NCBI GenBank assembly: GCA_016926735.1
Contig: JAFGOA010000074.1
Span: 1 to 11,818, forward strand
Direction: 5' to 3'
Source: Promethearchaeota archaeon
Lineage (GTDB): Archaea > Asgardarchaeota > Lokiarchaeia > Sigyniarchaeales > SOKP01
Length of the DNA stretch: 11,818 nucleotides
Part shown: positions 1-6,964 of the stretch, piece after piece
Position numbering within the stretch: the stretch's first letter is position 1
How the letters are laid out: every line of letters starts with the position of its first letter
Notes under the pieces: generated by a model
Told to the model about the DNA's origin: nothing
Database searches by the model: none
Seen by the model: the letters and a program-made list of their open reading frames with translations, nothing else
Translations under genes and position numbers: made by a program

Positions 1-791
1 ACAATTAAATTCACAAAAACTTCATTTAACTTTTCTTTAATAATCATTAAATTTTCTGTGGTAGTGCCTTTTCTGACGCTAGAATACCAATATTGCCCGG
101 AAAGTTTAGATATAACAGGCTCAATCGTAATATACGGGATGCAAAAATTCATCATTCCTTCAACTTCGCCTATTTTAGTTTCTAAAGTTACCAAAACTAC
201 CATGTCAGAAGGCGGAACTATTTGTGCAAATTGCGGATTAACCTCAATTCTACCGAGTCTTGGTCTTAAATCAATTACATTTGACCATGCTTCTCTTAAA
301 TTACCTAATACTCTTACAATTACACCTTCAATTACAGCTGATTCTATTTCTGTTAATTCTCTCTGAAGTTTTGTATCGCTTTCTCCTTTTCCGCCAAATA
401 ATTTATCAATAATAGCAAATGTTATTGAAGGATCAATTTCTAAAACAGCATTGCCTTTTAAGGGCTCCATATCAATAACTGCTAAAGTAGTAGGATTTGG
501 AATTGATCTAATAAACTCTTCATATGTTAACTGATCAACTGAAGCAACATGAACATGCGCCATAGCTCTCAATTGTGCAGAAAGCCCTGTTGTTGTTAAA
601 CGAGCAAATGTTTCATGTATCATTGAAATAGTACGAATCTGGTCCTTTGAGAATTTATCTGGACGCTTAAAGTCATATATCTTAATCTTTCGCTGATCAG
701 TACTTTGACTCATTTCTTCAGCGTCAACTTCACCAGTTGAGATAGCGGTTAATAATTGATCAATTTCTTCCTGCGATAAAACTTCAGTCAT
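1..791 (-). CDS. fliM: Flagellar motor switch protein FliM (3' end truncated by the window edge)
   Basis: Not in the ORF track. Manual translation from ATG at 791 gives MTEVLSQEEIDQLLTAISTG...KIKIYDFKRPDKFSKDQIRT...VDQLTYEEFIRSIPNPTTLAVIDMEPLKGNAVLEID...LFGGKG...NPQFAQIVPPSDMVV, with no stop before base 1. It contains the CheY-P-binding LSQxEIDxLL motif, the YDFKRP motif and the GGxG FliG-binding motif, and it follows fliL. Confidence 0.97.
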   Translation of the reverse strand, partial: MTEVLSQEEIDQLLTAISTGEVDAEEMSQSTDQRKIKIYDFKRPDKFSKDQIRTISMIHETFARLTTTGLSAQLRAMAHVHVASVDQLTYEEFIRSIPNPTTLAVIDMEPLKGNAVLEIDPSITFAIIDKLFGGKGESDTKLQRELTEIESAVIEGVIVRVLGNLREAWSNVIDLRPRLGRIEVNPQFAQIVPPSDMVVLVTLETKIGEVEGMMNFCIPYITIEPVISKLSGQYWYSSVRKGTTTENLMIIKEKLNEVFVNLI

Positions 792-831
792 TTATAAAAC
801 CTTTAAAATAATATTAAATATTAATATTTAT

Positions 832-1386
832 TTACATTAAAGTATATTCTTGAAATAAAATCCTCTCTATCTTACCATTATTTAAAATCCGATTAATTTG
901 CTTTAAGAAATCATCTTCTAATTTCTCTAATGAAGTTCCAGATATATCAGTAAAATCATCAGATCTTAATCTTGACAAATGCTTAATAATTATATCTCTT
1001 ATTTCTGGTATTATACTGCTTATTTCCTGCTGCAGTTTTTTATCTTTTGCTTTATAGGCTAATGTTATTTTTAATTGAATCATTTTGCCGTCTAACAATT
1101 GCTGTCTGAATGGATTTTCTAATACTATATATTCTAAATGCATTGTTTTTGGTCTATGGACATCTTCTCCCCATTCATCAACTCTAGTTCTAATTCCTAC
1201 TGGACTAACAAATTTAGAGCCTACTATAAATACAATGATTGCAATAAGAGTTATGACAATAAATAACGCTACAATTAATAAGATACGAATAATCAGTGGG
1301 CTAAGAAAAGGACCTTTTTTTTGAGGGATTTGACTCCCCTCATCAAGATCAAGCTCCTCATCTACTATGTTTTCTTGATCAGACAC
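832..1386 (-). CDS. fliL: Flagellar basal body-associated protein FliL
   Basis: 184 aa with an acidic N-terminus, a single long hydrophobic TM segment and a C-terminal FliL-like domain (IRDIIIKHLS...KQINRILNNGKIERILFQEY). GTG start preceded by a strong SD (AGGAGG). Sits in the canonical position between motB and fliM. Confidence 0.9.
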   Translation of the reverse strand: MSDQENIVDEELDLDEGSQIPQKKGPFLSPLIIRILLIVALFIVITLIAIIVFIVGSKFVSPVGIRTRVDEWGEDVHRPKTMHLEYIVLENPFRQQLLDGKMIQLKITLAYKAKDKKLQQEISSIIPEIRDIIIKHLSRLRSDDFTDISGTSLEKLEDDFLKQINRILNNGKIERILFQEYTLM

Positions 1387-1406
1387 TTCCCCCCTCCTCC
1401 TATAAG

Positions 1407-1435
1407 ATAATATTTAAAATTTTACTAATCGTCAA
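1407..1435 (-). promoter_or_regulatory. Putative sigma70 promoter upstream of fliL-fliM
   Basis: Minus strand reads TTGACG (1435-1430), 17-nt spacer, TATTAT (1412-1407). Each box matches consensus at 5/6 and the spacing is optimal. Predicted start is near 1400, at the SD. Confidence 0.65.
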
Positions 1436-1485
1436 GTAAAAAAATAATAAATTCTAAAAAATTTAGTAAAATTCAACAAATTTTG

Positions 1486-2217
1486 CTAATTTTCCCTTAA
1501 TATTACAATATCAACTCTTCTATTTTTAGATCTACCTTCTTCTGTGTCGTTTTTAAAAATAGGCTTATATTCCCCATAACCTACAACAGACATTCTTTCC
1601 GGATCAGCTCCAAAATCAACAAGATAACCCAAAACATTTAATGCTCTGGCTGATGAAAGATGCCAATTGGATAACCAAGGCCCATCAGGATCTGTTGGCC
1701 TGTTATCTGTATGGCCTTCAATTCTTATATGTTTATTTTTATAATCAGTCTTTGTAATTAGTTCTGCTATTTTCTCTAATACCTCTCTAGCTCTTTCAAT
1801 GTCCAATTCAGCGCTCGCTTGTTTAAAATACGCATCACTTGCAAGCGATATAACAATTCCTCTTTCATCAACAGTAATAACAACATTTCTTGTTTTAATC
1901 TCCGGATGAAAAATAGATTGAGCTTCTTTTATAGCTTTAGCCATTGCCCTGCCTCTTTCATGAGCAGGTAATGACTCTATAACATTTCCCATTTCTGCAA
2001 GTTCACCGGCAGATAGAGTCTTTCCGCCGGGCAGCAATCCAAAAGATCCCTGAAATGCAGATAGAATAAGCTGCATCTCTCTTCCATCAATAGTTGCAGT
2101 TGTAAACATCATTATAAAAAAAGTAAGCAAAAGAGTTGTTAAATCCCCATAGGTTAACAACCATTGAGGAGCGCCTTCATCTTCTTCTACTTTTTTCCTT
2201 CTTTTATACTCTGCCAT
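1486..2217 (-). CDS. motB: Flagellar stator protein MotB (MotB/PomB/MotS family)
   Basis: TM motif WLLTYGDLTTLLLTFF with the conserved Asp25. C-terminal OmpA-like peptidoglycan-binding domain (IEGHTD, NWHLSSARA, GYGEYKP, NRRVDIVI). Follows motA. Confidence 0.96.
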   Translation of the reverse strand: MAEYKRRKKVEEDEGAPQWLLTYGDLTTLLLTFFIMMFTTATIDGREMQLILSAFQGSFGLLPGGKTLSAGELAEMGNVIESLPAHERGRAMAKAIKEAQSIFHPEIKTRNVVITVDERGIVISLASDAYFKQASAELDIERAREVLEKIAELITKTDYKNKHIRIEGHTDNRPTDPDGPWLSNWHLSSARALNVLGYLVDFGADPERMSVVGYGEYKPIFKNDTEEGRSKNRRVDIVILREN

Positions 2218-2257
2218 TTATATTTCCTAATTTTTATATAAAAAAACTACTAATACA

Positions 2258-2286
2258 ATTATATTTTAAATTCCTAAAAAAATCAA
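2258..2286 (-). promoter_or_regulatory. Putative sigma70 promoter between motA and motB
   Basis: Minus strand reads TTGATT (2286-2281), 17-nt spacer, perfect TATAAT (2263-2258), inside a 94-nt motA-motB gap. The AT-rich background lowers specificity. Confidence 0.55.
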
Positions 2287-2311
2287 AAAAATAACATTTA
2301 ATTTAAATTAT

Positions 2312-3085
2312 TTATTCTGTCTGTTTTACTTTTGATCTTGTAGTTGGATCTAAAAAAGCAAGCAATTTTTGTTCTACTATCCTTGGATTATCGCCTGTTT
2401 GAATCGATAAAATCCCTTCTAAAATTATTTCTTTTACAAGTATTTCATTTATATCTCTGTCTTCCAACTTTTTTTTAATTGGCAATAAAATAAGATAACA
2501 CATAATAGCGCCATAAAAAGTAGTAATTAAAGCAGCAGCCATACCAACACCAATACTTGTAGGATCCCCTAATGATCTAAGCATACCAACAAGACCAAAA
2601 AGAGTACCAATCATACCAAATGCTGGAGTCAATTTACTCCAGAAATCAAACATGTCAATTCCGCCTTTATGCCGCTGTTGGAGCTGATTCATTTCATTAT
2701 ATAAAACATTTTTAATTACATCCGGGTCAGTTCCATCAACAACAAGCTGAATACCTTCTCTAAAAAAATCATCTTCTATAGTCTCAAGATCATCTTCCAA
2801 AGAAAGCAATCCTTCTCTTCTTGATTTTTCAGAAAATGTTACTAAACGAGGTATTATTTCTTCCACTCTTAGATTTTGGCTTCTTAAAGCAATATTAAAT
2901 ATTGTCCAGGCTCTTCGCAATCTATCCATAGGCGTTCCGACCATTAGTGCTGCAAAAGATCCGCCTATTGTAATAAATACAGCAATTAAATCCATATAAG
3001 TATCCATTGAGAATCCACTTATTAAAATACTTATAACAATACAAAATAATCCAAATGGAATACCTATTAAAACACCAAGATCCAT
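2312..3085 (-). CDS. motA: Flagellar stator protein MotA (MotA/PomA/MotP family)
   Basis: Hydrophobic N-terminal TMs and the motifs SRREGLLSLE, GIQLVVDG, PAFGMIGTLFGLV, ALITTFYG and EGILSIQTGDNPR. SD GGAG lies in the last codons of flbD, with a 3-nt gap to the ATG. Confidence 0.96.
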   Translation of the reverse strand: MDLGVLIGIPFGLFCIVISILISGFSMDTYMDLIAVFITIGGSFAALMVGTPMDRLRRAWTIFNIALRSQNLRVEEIIPRLVTFSEKSRREGLLSLEDDLETIEDDFFREGIQLVVDGTDPDVIKNVLYNEMNQLQQRHKGGIDMFDFWSKLTPAFGMIGTLFGLVGMLRSLGDPTSIGVGMAAALITTFYGAIMCYLILLPIKKKLEDRDINEILVKEIILEGILSIQTGDNPRIVEQKLLAFLDPTTRSKVKQTE

Positions 3086-3088
3086 AAA

Positions 3089-3283
3089 TTACTCCTGCCC
3101 GTCTAAAGAAATTTTTTTTCTATAATTTATTATTTTATTATATATTTCGTCAAATTTTTCTTTTACTATATACTGAATCTGTGAATCCATAGTAATTATT
3201 GTGTCAGCTTTTGCTTCTATTCTTTCAATTAAATGAGGATTTAAATAAAATATTTCTCCATTTAACCTTGTAACTTTAATCAT
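3089..3283 (-). CDS. flbD: Flagellar protein FlbD (SwrD family)
   Basis: 64 aa, MIKVTRLNG..FYLNPHLIERIE..DTIIT...YIVKE, the FlbD/SwrD family signature. Located between flgE and motA as in spirochetes and Firmicutes. SD-like TAAGGTG upstream. Confidence 0.9.
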   Translation of the reverse strand: MIKVTRLNGEIFYLNPHLIERIEAKADTIITMDSQIQYIVKEKFDEIYNKIINYRKKISLDGQE

Positions 3284-3349
3284 AAAAACACCTTATAACA
3301 ATAATAAGTAAAAATAAACGATTTTTTTAAAATTTTAAATAAAATTATT

Positions 3350-3390
3350 AAAAAAATACAGGGCATTTTTTAAAAATGCCCTGTATTTTT
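3350..3390 (-). terminator. Intrinsic terminator after flgE (potentially bidirectional)
   Basis: Perfect 19-bp inverted repeat AAAAATACAGGGCATTTTT (3352-3370) / AAAAATGCCCTGTATTTTT (3372-3390), starting 15 nt after the flgE stop. It gives a 7-U tract on the minus strand and a 5-U tract on the plus strand. Confidence 0.85.
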
Positions 3391-3405
3391 AATTACTTAA
3401 TTACT

Positions 3406-4836
3406 TTATCGTTTTAATGTTAATAATTCTTGAAGCATCTGATCTGTTGTTTGAATTGTTTTTGAGTTTGCCTGAAAACCTCTTTGAGTTACAATCATAT
3501 CAGTAAACTGTTCTGCAAGATCAACATTACTCATTTCTAAAGCGCCAGCCATGATTTTACCTTTCCCCATACTCCCAGCTGTACCAATATCCGGCTCTCC
3601 AGAATTATTTGAAAACACAAAATTTGTCTCTCCAGCTTTTTCTAAACCTTCCGGATTTATAAATGTTGCTATAGCAACCTGAGCTAATATTCTATTATTC
3701 CCATTAGAATATACTCCTGTAATAGTTCCAGTATTATCTACTTTTAAACCTTCTAAATACCCTAAACCAAATCCATCCTGTCTAAATGGCTTTGTCGTAA
3801 ACTGAGAACTAAATTGCGTTACCCCAACATTATCTTCTGTTTTAACTCTTCCAGACTCACCTAAATTTACTTGTATATTCATTGGCGCTGCACCTGTACC
3901 AGGATCTTCTATTCTAAGATTAACAAATAGGTTATTCTGATTTTTAACATCACCATTTTCATCAGTTACAGAAATTATTCTGCCAAGATTGTCAAAATTG
4001 ATTATGAAATCTTTTTGTCCAGCAATAGGAGCATGATCTTCTACTCCTGTAGGCACAACATTAGTACTTAGCTGATTGTCATCAATTCTTATTTTTTCTT
4101 CAGGATTATCAGGATTATATCTAAATGCTTCTACTCTTACATTCCATTGATTAGTACCGGTTTTATAAAAAGTAAATCTTGTTTCTATTGGCGCACCAAG
4201 AGAATCATATGAATCAATTGATGATGTCCATGTGTTTCTTATTAAATCTTGTTCAGTAGCTGCGTCAAGATCTGGAATAATCGGCATTTCTGACATTAAA
4301 TTACATTTAAAATCTATATTTGCAGTAGCTTGAGCAGGATCTTTTGAATACAAAGGAATAATTATATCATCAGGAGTATCTGCGCTTCTTATTATATATT
4401 GCCCGGCTACTAATTGTGAAGTCCAGCCCTGTACTTTTAATCCTGTTGCTGGATTTACTAATAATCCGTCTTTATCAAGACCAAATGCACCTGCTCTGGT
4501 GTAAAAAATTTTCTCTCCATCTTTTATTACAAAAAAACCATTCCCGCTTATTGCCATGTCAGTATTTACACCTGTGGTCTGTAATGAACCTTGAGTATGA
4601 AGTGTATCAATTGAAGCTACCACCATACCAAGACCTATCTGTTTTGGATTAACTCCTCCTTTTTCTTCTGTAGGCCGAGCCGCCCCGCTTAATGTTTGAG
4701 ACAACATATCTTGAAATGTTGCTCTACCTTTTTTAAATCCATGAGTGTTAACATTTGAAACATTATTACCAATTACATCCATTCTAATCTGATGGTTTTG
4801 CAAACCACTTACCGCAGAATATAATGACCTCATCAT
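3406..4836 (-). CDS. flgE: Flagellar hook protein FlgE
   Basis: N-terminal MMRSLYSAVSGL...GNNVSNVNTHGFKK, internal YTRAGAF, and C-terminal GALEMSNVDLAEQFTDMIVTQRGFQANSK. SD AAGGAG. Follows flgD. Confidence 0.98.
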   Translation of the reverse strand: MMRSLYSAVSGLQNHQIRMDVIGNNVSNVNTHGFKKGRATFQDMLSQTLSGAARPTEEKGGVNPKQIGLGMVVASIDTLHTQGSLQTTGVNTDMAISGNGFFVIKDGEKIFYTRAGAFGLDKDGLLVNPATGLKVQGWTSQLVAGQYIIRSADTPDDIIIPLYSKDPAQATANIDFKCNLMSEMPIIPDLDAATEQDLIRNTWTSSIDSYDSLGAPIETRFTFYKTGTNQWNVRVEAFRYNPDNPEEKIRIDDNQLSTNVVPTGVEDHAPIAGQKDFIINFDNLGRIISVTDENGDVKNQNNLFVNLRIEDPGTGAAPMNIQVNLGESGRVKTEDNVGVTQFSSQFTTKPFRQDGFGLGYLEGLKVDNTGTITGVYSNGNNRILAQVAIATFINPEGLEKAGETNFVFSNNSGEPDIGTAGSMGKGKIMAGALEMSNVDLAEQFTDMIVTQRGFQANSKTIQTTDQMLQELLTLKR

Positions 4837-4879
4837 AGCAATACTCCTTTAATAAAATATTTATTTAAATAGTAATTTC

Positions 4880-5359
4880 TTAATTACCAACTTTAACTAT
4901 ATTACTAGCAGGATAATTCTCTCCATTTACTTTAACAAAAATTTCTTCACCTTGTCTTGATACAGCTTCTACTGTACCGCTTATAAACAATGGATTGCCT
5001 TCACTATCAAAATTACCCTGACTATCTATATCAACATTTAAACCAAGCATATTAAAGCTTGATTGAAAAGATACTCTTTCTAATAATTTTTCCATGTTAC
5101 TGTTAAAATTCATCATTTGCTCTAAAGATGAAAATTGAGCCATTTGAGCAATAAATTCTCTGTCTTCCATTGGATTAGTTGGATCCTGATGCTGAAGTTC
5201 TGTAATAAGCAATTTTAAAAATTGATCTTTGCCCAAATCTTTTACCGGCTCTTTTCCATCGACCTTTAATTTTTTGTTAATTTGGTCAACTTCATATTTT
5301 GTTTTAAACATCTCTGCGCTATTTTGATTTACATTTAATAAAGTATTAATTGCATCCAT
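4880..5359 (-). CDS. flgD: Flagellar hook capping protein FlgD
   Basis: Signature LGKDQFLKLLITELQHQDPTNPMEDREFIAQMAQFSSLEQM. SD GGAGG. Confidence 0.97.
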   Translation of the reverse strand: MDAINTLLNVNQNSAEMFKTKYEVDQINKKLKVDGKEPVKDLGKDQFLKLLITELQHQDPTNPMEDREFIAQMAQFSSLEQMMNFNSNMEKLLERVSFQSSFNMLGLNVDIDSQGNFDSEGNPLFISGTVEAVSRQGEEIFVKVNGENYPASNIVKVGN

Positions 5360-5377
5360 TAAATTATTTCCTCCCTG

Positions 5378-6829
5378 CTAAATTAAAATATTTATATTTG
5401 AATTATCTCTTTTTGAATAATTGATTATTTCTAAAGAATTATTTTCCTCAAAAGTTTCAATATTTTTAGAAATAATATTATTTTTATACGATAAATTATT
5501 ATCTTCATTAACAAAATTATTATTTTGTTGATTACCGGAAAATTCACCGAATCTATTTCCAGCTAAAATAATCTCAATATTTTCCAATTCTACATTTGAT
5601 TTCTGCATAACAGCTCGCAGCTCTTCAACATTTGACTTAAAAAAATCTACTACTTCTTGATTTTGCAGTATAAGTTTGCCATTAACTTTCCCATCTTTAA
5701 CAACAAACTGAAAGTCAATCCTTCCAAAATTTTCCGGACGTATCATTGTTGAAAATTTCGTCTGATTTTGAGTTAAAACAATTTTTGTATTATTTGATAC
5801 TTGCTGAAATATTTTTTGCTTATTCACTTCTAAAGTTTCTTTTGTGTTTAAAGGAACATCTTTATTTAATGCTATATTCGCGTTTTTATTATCATAAATT
5901 TCAAGTTTAATTTCAGACTTAATATCATTTAATTTGACATCTTCACTTTTTGCCTGATCTTTATTATTAATTTTTAACTTATCATTAACCTTTAAATTTG
6001 TTTTATTTTCAGCACTATCAGATGAAGAAAATTGATTAAAATTATTATTCTTTATTACATTTTTACTTTTTTCTAAATTAAGATCGTTACTTTTATCATT
6101 TTTATTTAAATCTTTAATTTCATTTTTATTCTGCTTATCTTTAATTTGAACTTTAATTTTTTTATCAATAGTTTTTAAACCATTTATATGTGAGGTTCTG
6201 ATTAGCTGAGATATAAAAGCATTTGCAATATTTGTATCAATTTTACCTGATTTTAAATCATTCATTATACTTTTAATCTTCTGCTTTGTTTTAAAATCTA
6301 AATCGCTTTTTAATTCAATATGCCCATATCTTAATTTTATATTTATGGACTCTAATGATTCTTTATTATCTATATTTTTATCTAACTTATTATTACTTCT
6401 TATTAATTTTGTGCTATTAATATTTTGATTTATTTGATCTTTATTTATATTTTTTACTGATTTATTATCTTCTCTTATTATTTTGTCACTATTTATATTT
6501 TCAACATTAAAATTTTTCTTGTCTTCTGAAATTTTATTTATCTCTTTTTGTTCTTTATCGAAATTTTCCTTTTCTAAATAATTATCAATATTATCTGTTT
6601 CATTTAATGTTTTTTCAAAATTATTTTGATTATCTTCAAAAGTAATAATTATTGTATTATTATCTATTGTATTATTATCATTATTCTTTCTTAAATAATC
6701 TGTATTATTTTCTGTAAATAAATCTTCAAAAGACGCACCCAAATTATCATTATAGTTTTCTTTATTCTGCTTTTTTAATAAACTTGATGCTTCGTGTAAA
6801 ATATTACTTTTCATTACCTGTTCTATCAT
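5378..6829 (-). CDS. fliK: Flagellar hook-length control protein FliK (about 483 aa from the ATG at 6829)
   Basis: Long low-complexity Asn/Lys-rich N-terminal region followed by a C-terminal FliK/T3S4-like domain (IRPENFGRIDFQFVVKDGKVNGKLILQN...NVEELRAVMQKSNVELENIEI). Lies directly upstream of flgD. Start reassigned from the TTG at 6922 to the ATG at 6829 because AAGGAG lies 6 nt upstream of the latter. Confidence 0.88.
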   Translation of the reverse strand: MIEQVMKSNILHEASSLLKKQNKENYNDNLGASFEDLFTENNTDYLRKNNDNNTIDNNTIIITFEDNQNNFEKTLNETDNIDNYLEKENFDKEQKEINKISEDKKNFNVENINSDKIIREDNKSVKNINKDQINQNINSTKLIRSNNKLDKNIDNKESLESINIKLRYGHIELKSDLDFKTKQKIKSIMNDLKSGKIDTNIANAFISQLIRTSHINGLKTIDKKIKVQIKDKQNKNEIKDLNKNDKSNDLNLEKSKNVIKNNNFNQFSSSDSAENKTNLKVNDKLKINNKDQAKSEDVKLNDIKSEIKLEIYDNKNANIALNKDVPLNTKETLEVNKQKIFQQVSNNTKIVLTQNQTKFSTMIRPENFGRIDFQFVVKDGKVNGKLILQNQEVVDFFKSNVEELRAVMQKSNVELENIEIILAGNRFGEFSGNQQNNNFVNEDNNLSYKNNIISKNIETFEENNSLEIINYSKRDNSNINILI

Positions 6830-6860
6830 AACAGGCTCCTTATTTTTTTTAATAAAATCC

Positions 6861-6917
6861 AAAAAAAAGAGCTGATTCAATACATATATCTTTAAAATAT
6901 ATGTACTGAACAGCCCT
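6861..6917 (-). terminator. Terminator-like hairpin in the fliK leader
   Basis: Minus-strand RNA: AGGGCUGUUCAGUACAUAUAU (6917-6897), loop UUUAAAG, AUAUAUGUAUUGAAUCAGCUCU (6889-6868). This forms 21 bp with two G-U pairs and one bulged U and runs into an 8-U tract (6868-6861). Confidence 0.7.
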
Positions 6918-6937
6918 CCCAAGTTGTTCTAATTTAA

Positions 6938-6964
6938 TTTTCGGATAAATTTAAAAGTGCTAAA
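6938..6964 (-). promoter_or_regulatory. Putative sigma28 (FliA/SigD)-type promoter for the fliK cluster
   Basis: Minus strand reads TTTA (6964-6961), N15, TCCGAAAA (6945-6938) against consensus TAAA-N15-GCCGATAA. The -10 box matches 6/8 including the CCGA core, but the -35 is weak. Treponema fla operons beginning at fliK/tap1 are known to use a sigma28-type promoter. Confidence 0.5.

Noticed and set aside
58-366. 102-aa plus-strand ORF
   Set aside because: Antisense shadow of fliM, which occupies the minus strand here. No SD or recognisable motifs.
815-830. Perfect palindrome TAAATATTAATATTTA between fliL and fliM
   Set aside because: A/T only, in very AT-rich DNA. Too unstable for a terminator and plausible by chance.
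1085-1324. 79-aa plus-strand ORF
   Set aside because: Antisense to fliL with no independent support.
4416-4652. 78-aa plus-strand ORF
   Set aside because: Antisense to the conserved N-terminal part of flgE.
6830-6922. 31-aa N-terminal extension of FliK from TTG 6922, as given in the ORF track
   Set aside because: No SD before the TTG, the frame runs through the leader hairpin, and ATG 6829 has a well-spaced AAGGAG.
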